Shown in pieces: positions 11,900 through 22,607 of a stretch of 64,000 bases of DNA. Location of the stretch: assembly GCA_010093745.1 (NCBI GenBank), contig MU005957.1, forward strand, positions 124,001-188,000, given 5' to 3'. The translations under genes were made by a program, and so were the position numbers. This DNA comes from Piedraia hortae CBS 480.64 (taxonomy: Eukaryota). The notes under the pieces are model-generated. The model searched no databases. It saw only the letters and a list, made by a program, of their open reading frames with translations, and was not told the DNA's origin. Numbering within the stretch: position 1 is the first letter of the stretch; each line of letters starts with the position of its first letter.

Positions 11900-12983
11900 A
11901 CCTGGAATGCCGGGAAGGATTGGTGAATGGAAGTAAAAACGAATGACTGGTAAAGAGTGAAACGAGAGACTTTGACCTTGGGCGGTAGAGACGAAGCGTG
12001 TGCTATGTCCTACTTATACTGCCCCATCTCCTTGGTGCGAGCGGTTGCCTATACTGCAGCTCTGCAGACTAGTCTCACCATGTTGCCCGCTCGCAGATCT
12101 GGCTACTCGCTCACCGACTGACCCCTTTTCTACAAATTCAATGACACTTCTCATCTGGCAGGCTTCAAATGATCCAACCGGTGAACATATCTGTTTTCGA
12201 TTACCAGTGTGCAGCAACTCTTCCCCTCCGACCCTATTTCACCTTACCACCATCCATAGCAAGGGACCGAACACCCTTTACCCGTGAGCAAGCCCCACCT
12301 ACTGCATATGGATCCGCATGCAGTGATCGACATTTTTCATTCGAGGCTGAAAAAACTTCATAAATGCTGACTCGAAAATGTTCTTTGTACGTTCGCGAAG
12401 GGGATAGCATTCGGCGATCTGCCCTCGGTGCGGTTCTTGCCTATTTGGGAAGCTCCGTAACATGACTAATGAAGCTCTGGTGCCTTGGCATCGGTTAAGC
12501 TTACTCATGGACAGAATCCGATTAGCCAGTATGTGAACCAGCGCGTTGTAACTTTCACAGTGTCATATAACTCATTCGTACATCATCCTGCCGTTTTGTC
12601 ACGCTGCCTTGAGCCATATAACACCCTAAAGGGCTGAGTCGACTCTTTGACGATTGTCGATTTAGCATCTATGCGCAAATCATGTCTATAATTGCCATGT
12701 GCCTCGGGGCGGTCATTGAGCACCGAGGGGAAAAGAATTCGGACAACATCTAGAAAATGCAGGCTATGAAATCTGTTCCTGGATAGCGCAGCAAAAGCCA
12801 AGTTTATTCCATAACGCTTTAAGATAGGTAGCTTTCAAGTCGACCCAAGGGTGGCGGTGTCGTCTCAAGCAAGCCATCCTCATCCTGTCAACTTCGCCAG
12901 TTACGACATTCGCGCCCAAGTCCAGGCAAGTGGCTTTCATCCATGCAGTTTTTCTTTTGTTGAAACTCATCCCGACTCACCCG

Positions 12984-14183
12984 CTAGAGTGTGCGCAACC
13001 TCGAACCGTGCCTTACATCTCTTGTCTGCATCATGGGTGATCCCAGATCAGCCGGAGTTTGTGGCTGTGTGTTTGGCTGCCTCGAATCGTCGTACACTTC
13101 AACCTTTGGTGTTACAGGTATTGCTCTCCTTGAGGTGCATGTCGGATCTGCCTCGCCGTAGGTTTCCGAGTCTGATGCTGACGTGGATAACGTTGCCTGT
13201 GGCTCCATCGGTGGTGGAGGACCACCAGGAGGCGAGGAAGTGGAGTTGCTGTCCTGCGAGTCATCGGATCTGGACCGAAATAAATTATGCTGAAACAGTG
13301 CAGCCCGAGCTTGTAAGCCAGAGGTGTGGTGGTATGAGCGTCCCACAGATCTTGGACGACCTAAGGCGCTTTGATTGAGCTGTTGCACGAGATCGTCCGA
13401 AGAGTTGTCGTAGTATTCATCTGCATCGTTGGAAGCTGCCCGGTCACTGGGTGAGTGCAGCATCATGCTATTCTCAACGTCATTCAAGGTCAAGTTAGGT
13501 GATTGGAACGACTCGGCTTCCATATCCAATTCCGTGTCTGCTAATTGCATGGCCGCTAAACGACTGTTCAACTGTAGCTCGTCAAAGTCGTTCTGGAGCC
13601 GAGATGTCGGAAAATCTGTTTCGAGGCGTGGAAAAGCTTCTTGGGTCGCCTGAAATGTCTGAATCACCACGTCGCTATCATCCCATGAGCTCATCTGGGC
13701 GCTGCCACGCATATTCTGGTCTACTTCTCTATGGTCTCTGATTCCAGGGCGTGACAACCTGCGGAGACGATGTCCGGTCCTCCCTCCAGCAGCAAGCATA
13801 TCATGAGGCCTGGAAGAGGTTCTTGGCGCCACTCCAAGCTCCCTGTGAGGGACAAACGCGGGAGCGGTAGGATCTAGAACCATTCCTGTCAACCCACCAA
13901 GTTGCCATCGACGAAGTCGGCTAGAAGCCTCTCTTCTGCGCCCTTGGTACCTAGCAAGATGTCGAGCTTGGACCAGGCGCTGCAATTGTGGAGGACATTC
14001 ATGAATGCGAAAGTCATCACTTCTGGTATGCCGGCGAGAAGGTATAATGCCCCATTGTTCATGTTGTTGACTAATGGCACGCCGAGTCGTAGGATGAGCA
14101 TCACTCCCAATCGACCCGAGCACAGTAAGTCCTCGACGACACGGGTCAATATGAGGTGAAGTACTTCTCTGAGGTAAAGGCAT
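12984..14183 (-). CDS. Hypothetical low-complexity protein; 5' end uncertain
   Basis: 399-aa ORF. The frame stays open ~60 codons upstream to a TTAG near 14365, which may be a splice acceptor. No domain recognised. Confidence 0.5.
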   Translation of the reverse strand: MPLPQRSTSPHIDPCRRGLTVLGSIGSDAHPTTRRAISQQHEQWGIIPSRRHTRSDDFRIHECPPQLQRLVQARHLARYQGRRREASSRLRRWQLGGLTGMVLDPTAPAFVPHRELGVAPRTSSRPHDMLAAGGRTGHRLRRLSRPGIRDHREVDQNMRGSAQMSSWDDSDVVIQTFQATQEAFPRLETDFPTSRLQNDFDELQLNSRLAAMQLADTELDMEAESFQSPNLTLNDVENSMMLHSPSDRAASNDADEYYDNSSDDLVQQLNQSALGRPRSVGRSYHHTSGLQARAALFQHNLFRSRSDDSQDSNSTSSPPGGPPPPMEPQATLSTSASDSETYGEADPTCTSRRAIPVTPKVEVYDDSRQPNTQPQTPADLGSPMMQTRDVRHGSRLRTL

Positions 14184-14758
14184 GTCTCTGATTCCAAGGA
14201 GATTTACGCTGGGAGATACATGGCCTGTTGTAGCACGCTCTGCAGTTGCAGGTCCGAACTCTGGAACCGAGCCCGTGGAGCTGTCAGTAACACTGCCAAT
14301 AATGCCACGGACTGTAGTTGATGGAGGCGAAGTACCCGCCCTAGGCAGGGGCCTGACTTCTTCCTAAGAATGGCCATAATGCGGACGATAATGAGGTGCT
14401 TCACCAAAATGAACCCGTTGGCGTGTGTCGAGAGAGCGAGACTTTTGTCTCGCGTCGAGTGTGTATATATCAGCCCGCGTTAGCTCGATGCGTGACGGAG
14501 GACAGAGGAGCATTGTGGCCTTGAGGTGGAGGTTTGGGTAGGTGCGGAGAGATGGAAGTGATGTTTTGATCTTAGGGATTTAAATGAAAAAGGAGAAGCT
14601 GCGATGATTGACTTGGGCACAAACAATTCTTCCTTTCTTCTGCCACACGAGGAAAGAGAGCGTTGAGTGTCCATTCGTGCTTGCCATGTTGAGCAAAACG
14701 TCATTTCGTTTTTAGGGTTGTGCTGTTGACATCATCGCCTCGACCGCACGTTGAGCTT

Positions 14759-15888
14759 ATGGCTACCACGAACCAAGTTTGGTACCACAATATAACGCTG
14801 GACCTTCTCGTGCAAATATGCCAACGCAGTGTCTTCCACCCATTTATTGCTTGGCTCGTTCCTCTGTGCCAACGAGCTGTTGGAGCGTCATATACGAGCT
14901 TTGAGGTTCGTCTAACGTGCGCTTACGCTGCTGCGGTCACTCTAGCATGGATTCTTGGGTCAGTGAATCAACGTATTGCATATGGTGCACCTAGACAGCC
15001 CGTCCCAGGTGATGATGTGGTGGTCATCACTGGCGGTGCCAATGGTTTAGGCAAGATACTGGCCGACATGTACGGCATGCGAGGCGCATCTGTAGCCGTG
15101 CTTGATGTTCAGGAGCCAGAAGAGAGAAGCGAAGCATCGAAGGATGTCAAGTATTACCTTTGTGATGTAGGAGATGCCGCTGCTGTCACACAGGCAAAAG
15201 AAAAGATTGAGACCGATGTACGTAGCTTATGCAATGCCAACGATATCAATACTGACAGTATGCTCCTTCTCTTGATAAGCTTGGCATACCAACAATCCTG
15301 ATCAATAATGCGGGGATAGTCAGTGGAAAAGCACTTCTCGACCTCACCGATGGTGAAATAGAGCGGACGATACGGGTCAATCTGCTCTCTCATTTCCATA
15401 CCATCAGGGCTTTTCTGCCAGGTATTCTTAAATCGGAATGCGGAGGTACCGTCGTTACTATTGCTTCTGTCCTTGGCAAATTGGGTGCCGCGAGATTGTC
15501 AGACTACACAGCGGCAAAGGCAGGTTTGATTGCAATGCACACCTCTTTAAAGGCGGAGTTGGAATCACCTGTTGCACCGAAAGAAGCAGAAAGGGTGCGG
15601 TTAATACTCGTCACGCCCGGGCAAATGACCACTCGCCTTTTCTGCGGCGTTCAGACTCCTTCAAATTTTTTTGGGCCCGTTGTTGAGCCTGTGGAGTTGG
15701 CAAACGAAATTGTACGCATGACCGAGGCCGGTAAGGGCGGGGAAATCAGTTTGCCGTTTTATGCACAACATATTGCGTGGTTTCATGTTCTTCCTGTGGG
15801 GCTACAGATTCTTGTGAGAAAAGTTGGAGGAGTTGATCGTGCTATGGAAGAATTTGGACGACCGAATTCTATCATGGGTTCCAGGTAA
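14759..15888 (+). CDS. Membrane-anchored short-chain dehydrogenase/reductase (retinol dehydrogenase/TDA5-like)
   Basis: TGGANGLG Rossmann motif, LINNAG and catalytic YTAAK. Intron at 15218-15279. Confidence 0.9.
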
Positions 15889-16009
15889 CCCTCATAATCA
15901 TGACGTTTTGTGCAACAAGATATCCAAGGTCAGTTAAGACTGTTGGCTGCTTACGTATCTCAAGAGAGTCTCGATGGCTACCCATAACTACAATGTGGTT
16001 TTCTCGACT

Positions 16010-17086
16010 TCAGGTGAAGCCGCGTCGTTCTCCCCCATCGTTCTTCTCAACTTTTTTTTTCCTACCCTTACGCTTTTTCTCTAAGCCGACATCCGCGTAA
16101 GGGGCGCATAAAACATCATCATTAGCAGCAGTCACGTTTGGCACCGGCACCTCTTCCAGTCCTTGCTGGTCTGAGCGGTCACCCAAAGGCGGCTCCAAGA
16201 CAAATTCAAACTTCTCTGGTTCAGTTAAGGCAATATCTTGTTCCTCGGCAGCAACAACTGGATCCAGTTTTGGCTCATATCCTTCATCAGGTATTGAAAA
16301 GCCCTGTGCTTTCTGAGTGATTCCCTCGTCATGATTACCCATTTCGGACGTGGTTGGCGTTGGCAGAACTGTACGTCGTTCTTTTGTTGTGGGCTTTTTG
16401 TTCCAGGTGAAATATGATACTATGCTCTCACTTGCTGAATTGGTGCCCCTTTCTAAATTGCAGTCAATCTCGGTGGACTCTTTCTTGTTGCAGCCTTGAA
16501 TCAGGTCTCGAGGAACGTTTAAAACGTCCCTTAATGTGACTTGCATCTTATCAATAACCTTCTGTATATCCTCGGCCTTCTGTGCCATAAGGGCAGCTCG
16601 TCTGGCTGCGGAGGTTACTTCTTCTTCGGCCTTGCGCTGTTCCTTTTGCAGCAATTCGTGAGCCTCTTGCAACATGCATATCTTGCCTGTCAATTTACGC
16701 GCGTCCTCCTCAAACTGCCTTTGCATCTCTTCAATTCCTTGGTACAAATCTCCCGGAAGCTGCGACACCAACTTCTGGTGATTTGCCTCTATTCCCCATT
16801 CCTTGAGTTGTGAACTCAAGTTGTTTGTATTGTCAAGCATGATTTCAGACTTATTATCCCCCTCTCTGGAGGTGGTTTCCAGGTGTGAAATGGTACTCAT
16901 CGATGAGTTGCGAAAATGAGACATGAAAGAATAAAGACGGTGAAAGGACGGAATGTTATATGCTGAAACCATTGGCAGAAATTCCTGTCGCCACATCCTT
17001 GGGAGCCAACGTGCATTGAACTCATGCGTTAATTGCCGGAACAAGATAACAACTTGCAGCAATGAAGGGGGTCTGGCGCGATCCAC
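16010..17086 (-). CDS. Hypothetical coiled-coil protein with basic C-terminus
   Basis: 358-aa ORF with a central heptad-like E/Q/K-rich segment and a KKRKGRKKK NLS-like tail. The start codon is uncertain. Confidence 0.6.
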   Translation of the reverse strand: MDRARPPSLLQVVILFRQLTHEFNARWLPRMWRQEFLPMVSAYNIPSFHRLYSFMSHFRNSSMSTISHLETTSREGDNKSEIMLDNTNNLSSQLKEWGIEANHQKLVSQLPGDLYQGIEEMQRQFEEDARKLTGKICMLQEAHELLQKEQRKAEEEVTSAARRAALMAQKAEDIQKVIDKMQVTLRDVLNVPRDLIQGCNKKESTEIDCNLERGTNSASESIVSYFTWNKKPTTKERRTVLPTPTTSEMGNHDEGITQKAQGFSIPDEGYEPKLDPVVAAEEQDIALTEPEKFEFVLEPPLGDRSDQQGLEEVPVPNVTAANDDVLCAPYADVGLEKKRKGRKKKVEKNDGGERRGFT

Positions 17087-17415
17087 GATAGGCTTGGTGC
17101 TCGTGCATATGGGTTATCTACTCAAGCAGCTTGGCAAGGCGCAGGTGACTGTCCTGTTTACATGTCATCATGCATTTGGGCTACGGTCTCGTCGATTCAT
17201 TGCAGGCCTTCATCCGAAAAGTTTACTGATCTTGGCCAATGTACTTACAACGTTTACAGCTTCTCATTTTGTACGCACCAGATCCATTGTTGCCGACGGT
17301 AAAGGTATCACCGTCGTCGTTTATCGGCATTTCTGCAGCAAAGGGGTGGCCCCACATAATCCTGCAGGGCCCCTCAATGATGTAACACCAAAGAAGTCTG
17401 ACCATTGAGAATAGT

Positions 17416-18004
17416 ATGGCAACTCTACCAAGCGGGATCCCGATTCCTGAAGTGGACGTCAATTATGTACCCGTTGAGGCTGGTGAGGTTATCAAACTAG
17501 GGCAACTTACATGTCGTATCCTTGAAGATGGATCGAACACTGGTAAGTTTGATACGACCTTCTTCCTAAACCTATCACCGATGACATCCCAAAAATGCAG
17601 ATAACAGGATTGGTGTTGCGGAGTTGACCCTTCCTCCCAGAACATCGGGTCCTCCACCACATTGGCATGAGATGCATGACGAGACATTTTACGTCACGCA
17701 GGGAACCGTCCGGTTTCACGTCCCTTTCCCAGGAAACCCGGGCGAAGACAAAAAGATTGTTGACGTCAAAGCGGGTGGCTACATGGTTGTACCAATTAGG
17801 GCACCGCACACTTTTAGCAATCCGTTTGAGAAGGAGGCGAAGATATTCTTCACTACAACCCCAAGCTTCTACATCAACTACTTCAAGTTGCTGAGTAAAT
17901 TGGGTGAGGAAGGCAAGCCTATGCCGGCGGAAGTCAATATGACCGCCATGTCTTTGTACGGAACAACTCTTGTAGATAAGCAGCCGCGGAAGGCACCAGA
18001 GTGA
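17416..18004 (+). CDS. Cupin (RmlC-like) domain protein
   Basis: PPPHWHEMHDETFYV and VPIRAPHTFSN cupin motifs. An intron at 17543-17600 joins ILEDGSNT/DNRIGVAEL. Confidence 0.9.
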
Positions 18005-18449
18005 AGCATTCTATGCTCTTTGTGATGCAGACAACGAAGGGAAGGTTCTAGATCCACACTTGTCGCTACTCCCGACTTATTTTTCATTCCTCAGCTTCAA
18101 CAAACACTACCATATGTTTGCCTTGATCTCAACATGGCCCAATTTGCGTCGACGAACAGAGTAAACATAAGACCAAGGGAACACTCCTCGAAGCGTTCAT
18201 GGAATAGAATTGATCAGACGGGATTTGCAATCTGCATCAAATCAAGTTTGCAAAAGCTCGTGAATTGAGCGCACGTAGGATCCAATTCGCTACAGATCAC
18301 GAATACTTCACCGCTGCCAATCATTGCCGCAATCTCAGAAATTATCTCACTTTTCTCCACAGTGAATACTATGGGCTTGCAAAGCAAGTGAAATAGTGCA
18401 ATCGACATGAAGAGCAATACATTGTTCTACAATCCATAGTTCACTCTCA

Positions 18450-18806
18450 ATGAAACCCCAACCCTCCGATGTATCTCACTCAAAGACACACAACAAACTC
18501 GTCAAATCCCCGCCAGTTGAGCATCAACCTACGAGCAAGCTAGCCATGCCACTTAGAAAATCCTCTACTCCACCGAAAGTCACCCTTCCTCCTGCAAAAT
18601 TATTGAGCATTGAATTGAAGCAAGCGATTTCAGTCATCAATGGAAAGGAGCCCGAGAAGTTAGAAGATGATCTGGTTCAAGATCTCAAGAAGAAGCGAGT
18701 TATAAAATTCGCTAACGAAGTAGGGGGCCAGTTGATAGTAGGACATGCGAAGCCCGACAGAAAGAAGAATCAGGAGAAGGCCAAGATATGGTGCTATTTG
18801 GTATAG
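18450..18806 (+). CDS. Small basic hypothetical protein with LKKKRVIKFANEVG motif
   Basis: 118-aa ORF that shares a motif with the ORF at 19180-19446. Confidence 0.4.
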   Translation: MKPQPSDVSHSKTHNKLVKSPPVEHQPTSKLAMPLRKSSTPPKVTLPPAKLLSIELKQAISVINGKEPEKLEDDLVQDLKKKRVIKFANEVGGQLIVGHAKPDRKKNQEKAKIWCYLV

Positions 18807-19179
18807 ATATTGATCGTATGTGTAGGCTTACCACTTTTACCCCCTGTTGCTCTTCTGACAGATGACTTGTAGTGATCGTAGTGCTAAACGAGTTGACGCT
18901 GCCGATAAATTTCTGGCTGGAGGATAGCATTTGACGGTATATATACTTTCCAGAACATTAATTTCACACACTACCAAACAACCTGGAACAATGTATTCAC
19001 GCACCCGTCTTTGGCAAAATGCCCCAATTGTACCCAGAAGACCTCGACAATGCGTTCTGGCTGCAACGACACAGGAACTACACATTCCCTTCCGCAATAT
19101 ATAAAATCCCCAATCACTCATTGAACTACAAAATGACACCAAACATAGAACACATCGAACGGTAGTTCAAACTACCAAA

Positions 19180-19446
19180 ATGCTCTTTATGAAACTTAAC
19201 TTGTACTTCGCGAAGCTCTCGTTGGGAGGAAAAGCTTCAGCCCCCAAGTTTTCCAGCGTCGAGCTTTCGGCCTCCAAAGAAGAAGCAAATACCTCCTCCA
19301 TATTGGCGAATGACGAGGACCCGGTCCTTACGGCGTTGAAGGAAAGGCGTGTTGTTGAATTCGCCGATGAGGTGGGGTCGTTTAACCCCAAGACGATGAA
19401 AAAGGAGAGTTCACACGCATTGAAGAAGATGAAGCTCGTTGACTGA
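19180..19446 (+). CDS. Small hypothetical protein with LKERRVVEFADEVG motif
   Basis: 88-aa ORF that shares a motif with the ORF at 18450-18806. Confidence 0.4.
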   Translation: MLFMKLNLYFAKLSLGGKASAPKFSSVELSASKEEANTSSILANDEDPVLTALKERRVVEFADEVGSFNPKTMKKESSHALKKMKLVD

Positions 19447-19979
19447 CTTCATAATAGTGACTACACAGCCAAACTTCGTGTCAGTGATGGTCACTTGACA
19501 CTGAGTGCGGAACGCGTGCGCGCGACTCTGATTGGCTGAGCGATTGACAGTCCCCCGAGCTTTATACCACAAGATATTAAAAGAATCTGCCATAAAGCTT
19601 TTTGGAACGGTTTACAGTAGCCCGTTCACGCTATGGACGACTGTATGCATATTGGAAGCGCTTGCCTCGCCTGTTGAATGCACAACCTGTGATACTTTTC
19701 GTACGCCATTACATTGGACGCAACTAGAGCTTGTTCTCGTATGGCTGTAAACCGAGGTTCCCTCTAGCATATCTTTTAACATCGTACATTTCATTGTGGG
19801 GCTCTTCAAGCGTCTGCCTGTGCGGAAAGCCTATCGTGTGCGGCTTTCCGCCACCAGGCTTACCGTCTGCGAAGCTCATCGGGAGGTGCCTACAGAAGTC
19901 GCTCCTGATTTGTAGCCGAGTAGGCCTTGCCATGGCGACCATCTTGACCTGAATATTCTTTTGCTGCACCATGTTAACG

Positions 19980-20149
19980 GTGACCGCGAGTGACCTAACA
20001 AGGTGACAAGAGGTGACGAGCAGTGACAATGATGAGCAGTTGAATAGTGACAATTTTCACGACAAGACGTGACAGCCAGTGACATCTACAGTAACAAAAA
20101 GTGATATCCAGTGACAGATACAATGATACAGAGTGACGGCCACTGTGAA
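19980..20149. repeat. Array of GTGAC-like pentamers with ~10-13 bp spacing
   Basis: GTGAC at 19980, 19990, 20003, 20013, 20023, 20047, 20069, 20079, 20111 and 20133, with variants (GTAAC, GTGAT, ATGAT) in phase. Confidence 0.85.
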
Positions 20150-20902
20150 CACAGCCAACTCGATCCAATATTAGTGTGTGGTTGAAGATATATCTCCCCT
20201 TACAATCCTTGCCATACCTTACGGTGTGTCAGGCAATACGTTAACCAACTGAGATGAATCGGAGTCACTTCCTATCAAACAATAGTGAGTTCTGACAGCG
20301 TCATTACAACCTGCTAGCGAGCCCAATCTATGCTTGACAGAGTAAATGTGTCGTATTCAACTGAGCTAATCATGCTACTAAGTTGTCATCCAAATGCTAA
20401 TGCCCTGAGACATACTGCACCGCATACACCTTCCACAATTGTTGACAGGATCGCGAGTCTGCACGAGAGGTAAGAACTACTATAAAAGTCTGACCATATG
20501 AGTTTGATCGACTCAAGATTGGACTATATTCTGTAGGTTTCCCTTCTCACGCGATGATAAGCATGCTGGCTTAGTGGTTCCCTACCCTTCATTGCATGTT
20601 CAGTAGACGTCGCAAATTCGACTCAAAGTTTTGGGAGAAGTAGCTAAGAATACCTAAGGAAACTTTCGTAACGATGCGCGCGCTTAATAGGACCGACGTC
20701 ACATATCTCTACGTCCTTCAAATGAAAATCGAAAGGAAAATGGAAAATGGAAAAGATGCCGTCCAACGAGGTGCAAGATAAAATGGAGGTGAAATGGGGA
20801 TCAGCCAGTCAGCGCGGTTCTTTTTTTTCTAGTTGGCTGACTTCCTGATGGCTCAATACATGTAGTAAAGCGTATATCGCAGCGTATTGGGTCTATGTGC
20901 AG

Positions 20903-21025
20903 GTGACTGGCTGAGCAGTGACAGGAGGTGACGAGAAGTGACAGTCACGGGGAATGTCACTGGTTGTCACTGACACAGACGAGTGACAGAAAGTGACGGC
21001 CGCTCTATTTTTCACTGCATGTCAC
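20903..21025. repeat. Second GTGAC/GTCAC array (mixed orientation)
   Basis: GTGAC at 20903, 20918, 20928, 20938, 20983 and 20993; inverted GTCAC at 20944, 20956, 20966 and 21021. Confidence 0.8.
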
Positions 21026-21251
21026 TGATGAAGGTTGGGTGTGTAGGTTTAGATAAAATGGACACTTCCATCTGATTTCTTTCATTCCCACCTTAAGAGC
21101 AGATATCCCTCAAAGTAATCGTCCTGTACCCTGTCTTACCAAGTCGAGTTTGTGCGGGATATGATATCATTGGAGTGATACTTTGTCTCACTGAAGTGAG
21201 GACTTGTTTCATAGACATGGCTTTGTTTGGGCTTTACTTGCCTGATCTGAC

Positions 21252-21259
21252 AAAAAAAA
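21252..21259 (-). terminator. RNA polymerase III terminator (T8) of the 5S gene
   Basis: A8 on the + strand, 5 nt past the 5S 3' end. Confidence 0.85.
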
Positions 21260-21264
21260 GCAAG

Positions 21265-21383
21265 ACTTACAGCAGTGAGGATTCCCACGTGGTCACCCAC
21301 CGTAGTACTAATTCGCCGGTTTGCAGCTTAAGTTCAGGAGAGCGGACGGGATCCTCTGTTCTCTGCAACCTGTGACCGTAAGT
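21265..21383 (-). rRNA. 5S rRNA gene (dispersed copy)
   Basis: The reverse complement reads ACTTACGGTCACAGGTTGCAGAGAACAGAGGATCCCGTCCGCTCTCCTGAACTTAAGCTGCAAACCGGCGAATTAGTACTACGGTGGGTGACCACGTGGGAATCCTCACTGCTGTAAGT. This is 119 nt with pairing ends (helix I) and the CCCGTCCGCTC, CTTAAGC, TTAGTA and GTGGGTGACCA..GAATCC hallmarks of ascomycete 5S. Confidence 0.95.
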
Positions 21384-22091
21384 GCTAAGCCTAGCGGGAA
21401 AACTCAGGAAATACCCCCAAACCAAACTTTCCATCTAGTTTGAATGCACGGGAGAATCCTTTATCAAACACACAGAAGACTTCTGATCTATTTGTTAGGT
21501 GTCAGAGTGCTAACCAGTGCTCTAATGTATCTGGCAATCAAAATCTGCCCGCCTTAAACACCACTTTCTCTTCTTGCATCCTTGAAATGTCCTATCACGA
21601 AGCACGGTGTGGATACGACGACGCAACGAACGGGTCTGTGGGGGAAGGATAGTCGAGAAGTTGCAGATCCTCCAAAAAAGGAGCGCAGGGCAACTCTGTT
21701 CCATCTTGCGGATATGGATTTACCAAACGCTCCCCACAATTCTATGACAAATGCGACTATCACACCGCAATCGGCCGCGCAAAGCCGGAAAAATAAACGA
21801 ATGCAAGAGGTGCCACCAGTCTACGTGGTAGTCGGGGAAGAAGCTGTGCCCATGCATATTGCCAGCACGGTCAGGGCAATCGGGGCGAGTATAAGAACCA
21901 AGAACAGGGTTAGGGTCGAACAGGTAGCTCAAAGATGGTAGGGATAGACGTCTAGATGCTGCTGATGGCAATGGCTAGAATCTCATGACTTAAGCGGCTA
22001 TTTATCTCTCGTGGTTTTTCTTACGATATCATACCTCTTTATCCAAATCAGCATGTGCAAATTCTTATTTTCTCCAAAACACATTCCACAC

Positions 22092-22607
22092 GGGGCTCTT
22101 TAAACGGAGGAAGGGTTACCAAGAGGAGCACCGCTGCTGTGCTGCCAACAGCTGCTCCTGCTGTCGCTCCATGGCTTTGTGCTGCCGGGCATAGTTTGTC
22201 TCCATCTGCTCACGCTGGCGAGCAAGCTCAGCGATCATGGTCTTCAGATTTGAGGTAGGCGGCGGTACCATCGCTGAAGGACCTCCACAGGCGCAGCTGT
22301 CAACTTCGCGCGGCGCTCGCATACCTGGTCTCCGTGGCAGTGGCCACCACAAGCATGATTAGCCCCCAGCCAGCTGCATCGACTGTATGAGAACCCTTTA
22401 CGGCAGTTGGGATGAACCACTCCATCCACCATAGTAGCTCCTTGGAGGCGAAGCTGCTCCTGAATTGGGTGAGAGCATAGCACACCGTGGCGCGCAATTT
22501 GGTTCGAATCTGTCGTTTGCGGTGGTTCCGTCGCCATAACGGCCGCTTTAGCGGCTTGACTCACAATCTAGGCATTCTGGTAACCCTTGCTCCGTTTAAA
22601 GAGTCCC
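22092..22607. mobile_element. Non-autonomous TIR element, Mutator-like (30-bp TIR, 9-bp TSD)
   Basis: Left TIR 22092-22121 GGGGCTCTTTAAACGGAGGAAGGGTTACCA matches the reverse complement of right TIR 22578-22607 at 28/30. Flanks ATTCCACAC and GTTCCACGC match at 7/9. Confidence 0.75.

Noticed and set aside
20515..20535. Group I intron S-like element (GAATATAGTCC on the minus strand)
   Set aside because: No matching R element (GACTA for P7) upstream and no host gene.
20560..20630. tRNA-like A box (TGGCTTAGTGG) and B-box-like ATTCGACTC
   Set aside because: No acceptor stem or T stem can be formed, and the B box is imperfect.
19980..21025. CRISPR-like array
   Set aside because: The context is eukaryotic, and the units are 5-bp cores with mostly 5-8 bp gaps, not 23-47 bp repeats with spacers. 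No cas genes are present.
21440..21941. Cys/His-containing fragments (CGYGF...KCDYH; ECKRCH...KLCPC) next to the 5S gene
   Set aside because: They are interrupted by stops and match no family I recognise, which is too weak to call a pseudogene.
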